A DNA stretch of 64,000 bases from Tubulanus polymorphus (lineage: Eukaryota; Animalia; Nemertea). The notes below the pieces were generated by a model, which saw only the letters and a program-made list of their open reading frames with translations, did not search any database and had not been told where the DNA came from. Every line of letters begins with the position of its first letter. Position 1 is the stretch's first letter. Below, piece by piece: positions 52,523 to 64,000 of this stretch. Position numbers and translations under genes: made by a program. The stretch spans positions 15,570,655 to 15,634,654 of the forward strand of contig NC_134033.1 of NCBI RefSeq assembly GCF_964204645.1. Direction: 5' to 3'.

Positions 52523-55311
52523 CAGAGTTTCCAGAACCTGTCATGTCAGGGCCCAAGACCTGACATGACAGGTGGGACCTCAGGTGACAGGTCGATTTGC
52601 TAAAATGAAAATCGTTATGACTGAACCGATGATAGGCGATTAGAAGATATGATAGGCGCGGATTTAAAACAAATGATAGCCGATAAGAAACAAAAAGAAC
52701 ATATCTTAGTGCTTTCTGAATATATTATTCAAAAACAAAAAACAAACTATGATGTGTTATGAATTCATTTAAGAATTTATGTTTGCCTTGTAAAGATGCA
52801 ATGATTGTGAATTATTTGAGAACATTGAAAGAAATTTTTACAATTAATTTATTTTTTTGTAACATGAAACATGAAAATATCAAGATTAGGCAATGATACT
52901 AGTAGTGCCTTATGTAATCATAATCAGCATTAATAACAATCATTATACTCACTATGATTAGGCCCTATATTATTATATATTATTATTAATTACTCGCAAT
53001 ATAATTAATTCACCAAGTGCACATACAATTTAAAAACATTTCAGTCCAAGCTTATAAGTTGACATAGATAAATTAGACATAACACTGATTAATTAGTGAG
53101 ACCTCACACGGCAACGCGCGCCATTTTGCAGAGCTTCTCGAGACCTGTGGTGACAGGTCTGCATTAAAACTGATGAAATGAAGGAAAACATTAATTTTTA
53201 TAGTCTCTTTATAGTAAAGAGTATAATATAAATTGCTAACCATGGATAGAATTAATCTAAAGTTACTATAAAACAATAATTATGAAGCGAGACCTGACAC
53301 GGCAGCTCGCGCCATTTTGCAGAGCTTCTCGGGACCTGTGGTGACAGGTCTGCACTAAAACTGATGAAATTGAAAAAACTTTACTTTTTATAACCTTTAT
53401 ATAGTAAAGAGTATAATATAAATTGCTAACCATGGATAGAGTTAATCTTAAGTTACTATAAAACAATAATTATGAAGCGAGACCTCACACGGCAGCTCGC
53501 GCCATTTTGCAGAGCTTCTCGGGACCTGTGGTGACAGGTCTGCTTGAAAACTGATGAAATGGAAAAAACTTTACTTTTTATGGTCTCTTTATAGTAAAGA
53601 GTATAATATAAATTGCTAACCATGGATAGAGTTAATCTTAAGTTACTATAAAACAATAATTATGAAGCGAGACCTCACACGGCAGCTCGCGCCATTTTGC
53701 AGAGCTTCTCGAGACCTGTGGTGACAGGTCTGCATTAAAACTGATGAAATGAAGGAAAACATTAATTTTTATAGTCTCTTTATAGTAAAGAGTATAATAT
53801 AAATTGCTAACCATGGATAGAATTAATCTAAAGTTACTATAAAACAATAATTATGAAGCGAGACCTGACACGGCAGCTCGCGCCATTTTGCAGAGCTTCT
53901 CGGGACCTGTGGTGACAGGTCTGCACTAAAACTGATGAAATTGAAAAAACTTTACTTTTTATAACCTTTATATAGTAAAGAGTATAATATAAATTGCTAA
54001 CCATAGATAGAGTTAATCTTATGTTACTATAAAACAATAATTTTGAAGCGAGACCTCACACGGAAGCTCGCGCCATTTTGCAGAGCTTCTCGAGACCTGT
54101 GGTGACAGGTCTGCATTAAAACTGATGAAATGAAGGAAAACATTAATTTTTATAGTCTCTTTATAGTAAAGAGTATAATATAAATTGCTAACCATGGATA
54201 GAATTAATCTAAAGTTACTATAAAACAATAATTATGAAGCGAGACCTGACACGGCAGCTCGCGCCATTTTGCAGAGCTTCTCGAGACCTGTGGTGACAGG
54301 TCTGCACTAAAACTGATGAAATTGAAAAAATTTTACTTTTTATAACCTTTATATAGTAAAGAGTATAATATAAATTGCTAACCATGGATAGAGTTAATCT
54401 TAAGTTACTATAAAACAATAATTATGAAGCGAGACCTCACACGGCAGCTCGCGCCATTTTGCAGAGCTTTTCGGGACCTGTGGTGACAGGTCTGCATTAA
54501 AACTGATGAAATGAAGGAAAACATTAATTCTTATGGTCTCTTTATAGCAAAGAGTATAATATCAATTGCTAATCATGGATAGAATTAATCTAAAGTTACT
54601 ATAAAACAGAAATTATGAAGCGAGACCTCACACGGCAGCTCGCGCCATTTTACAGAGCTTCTCGGGACCTGTGGTGACAGGTCTGCATTAAAACTGATAT
54701 AAGAAAAAAACTTCATGCTTTAAATTGATGAGTTGATTTAAAATCAGTCTCAATAAAATCAGTCTCTATATTGCATTCGGCTCTTTTACATGTACATCAT
54801 AAAGACAATGAATATAAATAGTGAGACTTCAGGACTTCAGGACAGTGAGGAGTGTTGCCGAACTGTGATAGTGAGCAGATAATTTTCAGTGTCTTATTGC
54901 GGAAACGAAATATCAAGACCTCGATTCATCTAGCGAAAATATTCTCTTATAATGTGCTCTTATTTCTACATTAATTAATTCATCTATGCCTGAAACTTAT
55001 TTTTTACCTTTAATACAGAAATAAGTCATAGTTTACACATAAATATTTTCTTCTTATAAATCAACCTTTCAAATGAATTATTTGTCAGAACATTTTCCTT
55101 ATCGTTATTGTTGAATCATTTTCGATATTAACGACGGGTCAGAATATTCATTCAACTCAAAATGTTCTTCCATTCGTCTAACACATGCCTAGATATTTCG
55201 CCGTTTCGTCAAATATTGTCATGAGTTTGGGTTTTTTCGGGACCTGACATGACAGGTCAGACCTGTCATGTCAGGTCTTAAGACCTGACATGACAGGTTC
55301 TGGAAACTCTG
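52523..55311. mobile_element. 2.8-kb non-autonomous TIR transposon (hAT-like CAG terminus) carrying a 190-bp satellite
   Basis: Left end CAGAGTTTCCAGAACCTGTCATGTCAGG...GACCTGACATGACAGG; right end ...CCTGACATGACAGGTTCTGGAAACTCTG. Subterminal GACCTGACATGACAGG motifs at both ends. No transposase ORF. Confidence 0.85.
53098..54698. repeat. 190/191-bp satellite, ~8.5 copies with alternating A/B variants
   Basis: Repeated ORF starts at 53276, 53466, 53656, 53847, 54037, 54228 and 54418 (spacing 190/191). Each unit contains GACCTGTGGTGACAGGTC. Confidence 0.95.
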
Positions 55312-55418
55312 CAGACAGACATCAATCAAGTCAGCGCCATTTCCTGACAGTAAATATTATTATTGTGTAACTGCGACTGAAGTTTTTGCCACCACCCACC
55401 GTCACCCCTCGCAGAGAG

Positions 55419-58400
55419 ATGACTATTTATAAGACGCCAGTGACCGAGAAGAAGCCGGAGGAGGACGGCAAGCTACCACCAGTTGTTATACCGGTAAGTA
55501 TAGATCGGGGAATCTACGTCGTCAAAAATGAAACGAACGAACAAATGAAATAATTGATCGGTATTTCCCCTCCTCCAGATTTTTATCCTTTTCTGACCCT
55601 GTTGATAACTAACTGCGTCGGAATGTTGCGATATGAAACGCCTGATTTTTGTGATACCCGATGAAAAGTTACTTTTAATCAAACAATTAAAATGGTTGAT
55701 TGAAGAAGTTCATTTCAATTTTTGTGCGATTGTGCCATCTATCAAGTTTAAAAGTTGAGTCCTCCTTTTATTACCGAGATGACGTAATTTACTGAGATCA
55801 ACCGAGATGACATGAAATATAACATATTTATTTATTCCTTATCGATTTTTAAACTTGAAATCATATCAGTAATAAATACCTGCTTGAATCATATTTTACA
55901 TATTTTCATCTATCAGCGATAGTTTACCGAAAATAGGCTCGCGTAAGTCAAAACGGCCTCCGCGAGCGTATGCCGAATAAAAACTATCATCGATTAATGA
56001 AAACACGAATCCCTTAATTTCAATAGTATCGTTGTTTCTCAATAGGTGGCAGCAGCGACCGAGTCGGAATCGACAGACGAAGCTCACGATAATTTCGTGA
56101 ATGTCTCGGTGAGACGATACGAGCGCCGACCTCAACGCACGACGAACGTCTGTATTTGTTTGGCCGCCTTGATCGTATTGATAATGGGTATCGTGGGAGG
56201 TATATACCTCTATAGACACCTCACTCATAAGGTAAGTACCTCATCGTCTGAGATAGGCAGAGATCAAGGGGCAGATCGGGGTAAACTGATTACCTTTTGA
56301 CAACAAAAAAATATCATTTATTTCGCGGGGCGTCTGACAAAAGTGTGCCTTAGTTTTATGCTATACAACATGCCCTTTTTAGATTTCTTGAATTTGATAT
56401 TTAGCATAAGACATTTATTAAGTGCCCTTGAATAAACAGACCTAATTAGGCCTATAACTGAAGGTAGTTTCTACTCTTTAAGAAATTCATCTCTCAAAAT
56501 TCGAATAGTTTTTTTAGTTCACTTTCGATGAAACCACTATTTTTCATTCATGTCAATTGTTCGAATTTTGATGAAAACTCCAAAATTATAGATATCTGAG
56601 TTATAGTCAGATCTGATTAGAGAGTCGGTTGATTGAGTTTGTTTAAACAGTCGTTGATGAAAAATTGATTTTTGGCGAAACCCATTGCAAGAGGTACCGA
56701 GTACCGATCTGATTGGTGGTTGATATGTAAGTGGTATTTTACGCGGATGTTTCTCATTTATGGTTGATATTTAAGGGGTGTTTAATGCGGATGACTGTTC
56801 TGATTGGTGGTCGATATTTATGGGACGTGTCTCGTTTCTATTTCAGACGTATCGTGCTATTTGCGATCTGCGTTACATCGACGACATGATGGTCGGCGAC
56901 GAACCGCACGCCGGATTCCTGCGCGAACACGTCGAGATCGACGAGTCTCAGAAAGCTCTCTCGCGAATCGAGGTGCCGAAATTCGATGAGTGTTCCAGCG
57001 CCGTCATACTTCACGCATTCTCTGTCGTAAGTTTCACCCTATGACGTCATCGAAATTAAACGCCCGCGAACTACGAGGTATTCCACCGGATGGTGCTTGT
57101 AACTAATGTCTATTTCAACCTGACTTGAGAGCCTGACTAGCTCAGTCAGTTTTAGTAGTACATACCTGACAAAGGTCTCAATAGGACCAGAAAGGACGGG
57201 CAGTCGACCTAAATCATCATTTTTAAATCCATTTTAAAATGTATTGAAGGATATCCAAAAAGTCTGCATTGAGAGGGGTTCCTGAGAGAAAAGATCCCTC
57301 CATGATTTGAAAGTTTAACAATATGTTTCCATGCCTACGTACCAAACTTCAGTTGGTAGGCATAGAGACATATTGTTTAACTTTATTTAAGCTCAAATTT
57401 TTGTATTCATGACATCATTCATAGAATTTGAGAAATTTTGGATAGATATCAATTGTATCTCAGAGAAAAAATCAGGCATCGCCGCCACGTGGGTCCTCGC
57501 TCACAAGTGGAATCTTCGCAAGATTATTGAACTGCGTCGTCCCTCAGTCGACTCAGGATTCGTCATTTCCTTGTAATTGAAACTGCTGGTTGCGGGCGGA
57601 TATTGAAAGCGTTTCGTGTTTTTTTTTTTTAAACAGAATTTGACGGCTATCGTTGACAACGACAACAGACGATGTTTCGTTTTACCGCTCGACAGGAAAC
57701 ACGTGATCCCTCCCAGAGACTTCTGGGATATGCTCGTCAAATTGAGGGTACGTACTAAAAACGGTATAAAAAAAAATACACTTAAGGGTCATCGATGAAA
57801 GCATAGCTAGAATGGGTTAATTTTTTGCTCCCATCTCTCATGGATGGGAGCATAGTTTATAAATGACCAGTGGCTGGTCATATTGATAGTGAATTCATCT
57901 CTATTTTTAGGGACAACTTGTATTTCTAATTCAATCTACTAACCTCATTATGATCGTCCCACCTACAACAAGACTTTTTAGACTGGTGACTTAGACTCAA
58001 GTCTTTTTAGACTGGCTTCTGAGACTGAGTCTTTTTGGACAGGACTCTAAGGCTCGGTCTTTTTAGACTGGCTTCTAAGACTCAAGTCATTTTACACTGG
58101 CTTCTATCACTCTTTTTTTGATACTGATAATAAATTGTTTATATTTTCAGACTGGTTATTACGTTCCGAGTTCACGTGTGATCAGAGAACACTATCGTAT
58201 TATAAAGCCACCGATCCGTAATAAAGCCGTACTGGGACCGTACATCGCTCTTGACTGTGAATTCTACGATACTTACAGACTGAAGAAAATCAACTACGGA
58301 CGAGTTCGAATCGGTGAGTCGGTCTATTCGGTCTCTGGCTAGAGGGAGGGTAGCATCGATGAGTCTAATTGGTCTCTCGCTGGAGGGTGGGAAGCATCGA

Positions 58401-58914
58401 TGAGTCTAATCGGTCTCTGGCTAGAGGGTGGGAAGCATGGATGAGTCTAATCGGTCTCTTGCTAGAGGGTGGGAAGCATCGATGAGTCTAATCGGTCTCT
58501 GGCTAGAGGGTGGGAAGCATCGATGAGTCTAATCGGTCTCTCGCTAGAGGGTGGGAAGCATCGATGAGTCTAATCGGTCTCTCGCTCGAGGGAGGGAAGC
58601 ATCGCTGAGTCTAATATGTCTCAGAGGGGTAGACGTTTGTACGTTGGGAGGAAGAGAGGAGTCTGCTCTCGCCTCCTAGGGCAGCTTAGTCGAGCAGCGC
58701 GTGGTAAGGATTTTTCAAATGCCAATTGAAATCCCTGTTAAAACAACTAACTGTTGCCGTCATTCTTCCCACAGGTAAACATCACCACCACAAGCACAGC
58801 TCGCACCGCCATCGCCGCGACGCCGAACAACAATCAGACAAAGAATCGACGATCTCGTTCGGCGAATACGCCGGCCGCGGTCCGCTGACAAAGCTCGTCG
58901 TCCACCTGAAATAA
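55419..58914 (+). CDS. ITM2: integral membrane protein 2 (ITM2/BRI family, BRICHOS domain), ~284 aa
   Basis: Exons 55419-55493, 56046-56231, 56847-57026, 57637-57747, 58151-58313 and 58775-58914, phase-consistent (855 nt). Type II TM segment VCICLAALIVLIMGIVGGIYLY. BRICHOS region RIEVPKF...ILHAF..NLTAIVDNDNRRCFVLPLDRKHVIPPRDFWDML...GYYVP...LGPYIALDC...TYRL. Furin site RHRR before a C-terminal peptide. Confidence 0.93.
58319..58615. repeat. 41-bp minisatellite x~7
   Basis: TCGGTCTCTGGCTAGAGGGTGGGAAGCATCGATGAGTCTAA, starting immediately after the exon 5 donor. Confidence 0.9.
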
Positions 58915-61674
58915 GAGATACCGAGAGATACTTTGACGCGCGAAATCGGGAGAATGATTAATTCCGATATTAATACGAATATAACTTGTGATCACGTCTA
59001 TTTCCAGGGTTTTCCCCGCGATTTTTTCATCGACGGCCGCAACGCGAATAGAAATCGAGGCAAATCTTTTTTTAACGAAATTTCAAAACAAATTTACGTA
59101 TCGTGGCCACCCGTGTCGGGTTGGGGAGATTTTTTTTTAGTTTTTTCGTTGGTGTTTAAAGTTATTTTATGATTTCACAAACCGATGATTTTGTTGTATA
59201 TATATATCTAAAGAAAAAAGTAAATTTGTTTCAGTAAAGTACGGCCGAATTTTAATGGCGAATCTAAATAGTTTTGAATACGGCGCAAAAGATGGAAATT
59301 TTTGTAGTGTACACGATGGAACCTCGAAGAAATTGTCAATGATTACATTGTAACCAGGATTTTTAAGTTTTCAATGTATTTCTCTCTCAAGTTCTCACTG
59401 TATTTCAATATCCAAGCAGCTGTCTGGTTTACCGCAATTACTAAGAGATTATGAAATTAGCGAAATCGCGATTTTTTTTGAATAGGGTCTCAAGTTGGCA
59501 GGACTACGTATGTATAGTAAACTCTTGATTATCCACCGCTGTTGAGATATGTTTTTTGTTAGGGGACAATCCAAGATGGCCGATGAATGAACAACTTGTT
59601 TATGAAGACAATGAACTGGATTTGTGTAACTAGGGCTCAGTTGTGCAGTCGTGTTTGACTATGGAACTAAGTTTGTCTTAGACTGGCCTTGACTGTAAAC
59701 CAAGACTGTGCAACTGTGGTCCCGCGGGTTTGAAATTTGGGCTGAAAACCGGAAGTTCGAGCGTACATGTTTGGGTCATACATTTTTATTACGTATGCAT
59801 TAGGGGGGAGGACTCAGTGCAATTATGTACTGTAATGCTTAATGGATATGAAAAAAATGGCCGCTTTGCGTACAGAGGGTGAGGGGGGGTTGAAAGAGTC
59901 AAATTTTATGCGTACGTTAAATTTAATGAATGAAACCTTATTGAATGGTCCCCTAAACAGGAAAGTTGCCAGCCAGCTCGAGATCGCATTCCACAGGTCA
60001 TGCTTGCGGCGGGTTGGTCATGTCTATCACTGATTCAAACTGATCGTGACTTTGTTTGATTGTCATATGCATAAAAACAACCAATCACAGCATGGCTTAT
60101 ATTATAGCCAGCATGCATTATCTCAGATGATCATTATTAGGCCTGCGGTCACTTGCTTATAGTCAACTTTCTTCTGGAACCATTCAAGCAATTTTGAAAA
60201 CCGAGCTCATTTCATTTCTATAGTCAATCTATTAACTTAAGACCAGTGTAAGCTCATTTTAGTTCATATAAACAACCTGACAACTTAAGACCAGTGTAAG
60301 CTCATTTTATTTCTGTAGTCAATCTATTAACTCAAGACCAGTTTAAGCTCATTCTGGTTCTCAACTTAAAGACCAGTCTAAGCTCATTTTAGTTCTGTAA
60401 CCTATCTAACGAAGGCCACCTTTGGGCTTGTATCGACTGTGTAACTGGCCCGTACAGTTTACAGACGGCAACTAAGCTTCTTTTGTAGGAACATTGTAAT
60501 AGAGTTAAATAAACAATTGCTGTAAAACTGCACCACGTAATTAGATGCCGGGTATGAAACTGAAAAAATGTTACATGTTCCTGTGATTTTGCTCTTGTCT
60601 ATTGAAATAGAGGTCCTACTTGACTTATTGCTTCTGTATTGATAAACATGTATCTATCTATCTATTGTATTGTGTAATCGTTACAGGATTTAAACCACAT
60701 TTTTATGGAAAGGTTTGATAGCATTCGGGCCTCCGATTGCCGTGATTAGTGATGTCATAGGAGGAGATGATTCCTGGAAGGTGTTACCAGTACTGGCAGG
60801 GTTTGTTGTAACGAGTCTGACGAAATTCTGAACAAGAAAACTAACTTGAATAAAGTTTATCGTTGGTTTTAACAGTGTCGAAAAATTATTACTACTTGTG
60901 AGAAAATTTAGGATAATTTTCCGGTTAAATCTTGAAAGAGCTGAAAAATAAGCCTACTTATTGTTTGGACGGGCATTTTCTACTGAAAAATTCTTTGCGC
61001 GAATTCGACTTAAGAAAAATCCTGTGAACTCATCTTTGGATTCCGGTAAAATGGCCGACTTTAGCTTCAGTCCTTCTGCTACAAACCCCGCCCGGTTCGA
61101 GTTCGTTTTTGGCCGACGATGAACAATTCGATTTTGATAATGCGGTCGATGGCGCCTGGCTCCCTGTTGGGTTATCCTTATCCGAGGGTATCGATAAGAT
61201 TTTTAAGGAGATTAGTTATGCTTGTAAAATGTCTTGCTGCAGTCAGTGTCTATCCCCCCCCCCTGCGTGGCTTACCTATTGTCAATTTATAATAGTAAGT
61301 TAGATATTGTATATATATACATAAATGTACAAAGTCTATGAAAACTTGAAAAAAATGATGCAAATTTTTCCAGTCGAAAATCGACCAATTTTGAGTTGAA
61401 GATAATGTCTTTGGTTTTGAAAAGGTAGGCCCAATCCCGATACATCGATACTGCAATAGACACTTTGTAATTTTATTGTGCGTGGAATTTTGTAATTATT
61501 GATCTTGACGAGGCGTTTAATGATTGAAGCACTACTGTATACATTGCATATTATTATTATTAATATTAATACTGGTTTATCAATAAATATTCATGTTAAA
61601 AATTGTATATGTAAAAAGCTGTTTTGAAGCTTCTTTAATGGTTTCATCTCTGGATCTACCATCGTCATCGTAGG

Positions 61675-61920
61675 ATCTTTCAGCAGAGTTCAAGGGAATC
61701 AGAAGATATGACAAGCGCAGAGCATCTTTCAGCTGAGTTCAAGGGAATCAGAAGATATGACAAGCGCAGAGCATCTTTCAGCTGAGTTCAAGGGAATCAG
61801 AAGATATGACAAGCGCAGAGCATCTTTCAGCAGAGTTCAAGGGAAACAGAAGATATGACAAGCGCAGAGCATCTTTCAGCAGAGTTCAAGGGAATCAGAA
61901 GATATGACAAGCACAGAGCA
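61675..61920. repeat. 49-bp tandem repeat x5
   Basis: ATCTTTCAGCAGAGTTCAAGGGAATCAGAAGATATGACAAGCGCAGAGC. Confidence 0.9.
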
Positions 61921-62346
61921 CAACGGGGGTATTTCTATGAAAAAGAATTTCTTTAGTAAAATTCCTTTATTATATTAAGATGTTCGGACACAAGCTGAAT
62001 CTTCGGAGTGGAACCAATAATTTTCTGAATTTGGAAAGCGGGAATTTTTACCAAAACGCACCTGCTACAATAATTAAGAAAAGTAGACAACACATTACCA
62101 ACTTTATTTCTTTACCTAACAAATGAACCCAGTTGATCATTAAGAATTATTATATTTTTTCTAGCATAACACGACGAAAAAATTATATTCATAGGACTTT
62201 GTCAGGTCTTTGTGGCTGCGGGCCAGAAATAAGTACTTCATAATGAGTTATTGAGCGTTCAAATTAGGAATTAACCCGTTTTTTAATCCTGGAAAACAAA
62301 CGACCAGGCGGTGCTGCCACCTCTTGTCACTGTTCTCTCGGACAAA

Positions 62347-62362
62347 ATGGCTTCTAGGCAAG
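62347..62362 (+). CDS. possible first coding exon (MASRQ) of a downstream gene
   Basis: AAAATGGC (strong start context, YY1-like) followed by a CAAG|GTCAGT donor. No confirming downstream exon in the window. Confidence 0.3.
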
Positions 62363-63668
62363 GTCAGTGATTTATCTAAAATTATCGCTTCTGATTTGAG
62401 TTTTAATTGACTTCCCGCGGTACGACACCCGTCAATTTTACACCGACCGACCGTCGATATCCAGTTCTATCATTGGCAGCAGTTCGGCAATTTCTACTTT
62501 CATATATTGCCGAGAAAACGAACGTAGAACATGGAAGACCGAGAGATATGTCAAGTCAGTCGAGTCTGTCTTACGAGAAATCAGAAAGTACTTCCATGTT
62601 CAATTGGCATTTTGATAGTTTTGGGGGTCTGTATGTCGTACTGAGTGGCTTAAATAAAACAAAGTGTACTGTCTAGTATAGGCCTAAATTTAGAAGAACA
62701 TTGGAGACTTGAGACTGGTTTCCTGAATCCTGGCTTGATTTTTTAGCAGCAACAAAAAATCAAAATGTCTTAATCTGCTTATCTCTGCTCTGTTGTTGAA
62801 ACTGATAATTATTACAGAACCAGTCTTAAGTAGGCCTACTACAATCAAACTGAAGTGTTTATTTGATATTTGACATTTTGATATCAGTGTTGTTATAGAC
62901 CTATCCTCCAAAAAACAGGACTGACTGACACTAAAACACAGCCCCCACAAGGTCATCATCGCGTAAAAAATGAGATTGACCAAAAAACCTGTTACAATAT
63001 TTCAGTTTTCAGTCTTTTCACGGTATATGCCAGGGGTCGTTATAGACTAACTGTATTGATTATTAATGGTTGTATTTTTTCTCCAGTCTAGCATGATCCG
63101 GTCTAGTCTAGTCTTTCCCGAACAGCTGTCGTTCTCAATAACAATCATTTCTCTCTTATTACAATTTATTGACTTTACAACAATTAAATAGAGCAGTTTT
63201 ATGTGGAATGGCTTAGGCCTATGTTATTAATTCTATCCTCGTCGATAAATCTTTGAATTAGGTCCAGTTTCGTTCAAATAGGGAGCCATTACCTACCTGG
63301 GGTTAGAGGTAAAAATACCCAATTCTTCAAAGTAGGTAAACCCCCCTCACTTTTGAATGCGCAAGTAGTACAATGTTATGGTCAATTTATTCATATCAGA
63401 TCTTTAATGACAAAGACATTATAACAAGTTAATACAGATTATACTAATTATACAGATTCATGCGGACGTATATTCAATGTATTCATATCTATCATGAGGA
63501 AGACAAGTTATTGTACAGTTTGAACTAAAAAATACTAGAAATTAACTTAAGGTTTTTACAGCTCAGATTTAGGCCTAGGCCTATTTATCACTAGATAAAA
63601 TGAGTTCATCGCACAGTTCAAATATATTACAGTGTAGACTGGGTATCCCCCAATTCAGGGCCTATACG

Positions 63669-63925
63669 CAGGGTCCGATCTAAGGAATGAAAGCCACTTG
63701 CCCGGGGGACAAGCATATCTGAAATTTCGCTTGCCCCCTCCAAAAGCTACTTGCCCTACACAGGCGGTCCGATTAATGGCACTATCATCCGTTGTATCGA
63801 GTTGGAAAAAAACTTTGTGACATAAAATTGCACTAGCCTGGGGGACAATTGATAATGATAACCTACTTGCCCTGATGAGAATATACTTGTCCCGGCAATC
63901 GGACAAGTGCTTAGATCGCACCCTG
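63669..63925. mobile_element. hAT-like MITE with 8-bp TSD, copy 2
   Basis: CCTATACG|CAGGGTCCGATCTAAG...CTTAGATCGCACCCTG|CCTATATG (TSD with one mismatch). Confidence 0.8.
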
Positions 63926-64000
63926 CCTATATGTAGGGATAAACCCGATAATCTGGACCCTGTTTGATATGTACTTTAAAACTTTATTGTCAAGGTATTA

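Noticed and set aside
53073-54418. Seven similar 66-69-aa ORFs (MFYSN...)
   Set aside because: Translations of the 190-bp satellite, with frameshifts between copies and no protein signature.
61040-61303. New gene starting at AAAATGGCCGAC / ORF 61109-61303
   Set aside because: No coherent frame or supported splice pattern. It probably lies in the ITM2 3' region before the AATAAA at ~61583.

Overview
This is AT-rich animal (invertebrate) genomic DNA with spliceosomal GT-AG introns, not a prokaryotic window. Protein genes, with exon phases checked by hand: (1) the 5' part of a C6orf163-like coiled-coil gene (minus strand, runs off the left edge); (2) a two-exon secreted 10-Cys prokineticin/astakine-fold peptide gene (+, 4279-5744); (3) a BTB-BACK-Kelch gene (-, 13335-17862), head-to-head with (4) a complete 26-exon KDM6A/UTX H3K27 demethylase (+, 18983-46346, about 1344 aa); (5) an ITM2/BRICHOS gene (+, 55419-58914); and possibly the first exon of another gene at 62347. 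Introns and UTRs are dense with MITEs (piggyBac-, hAT-, Harbinger- and Tc1/pogo-like), several carrying internal minisatellite expansions. The most notable unexplained locus is 6.5-10.9 kb on the minus strand. It looks like a spliced non-coding transcript with tandemly duplicated exon/intron units and a ~235-bp x 2 inverted repeat derived from an RTE-type LINE 3' end. The arm differences are strongly biased toward G:U pairs in the minus-strand RNA, making it a candidate hairpin-RNA (endo-siRNA) locus. All calls are from reading the sequence and from recall of the families; no searches were run.
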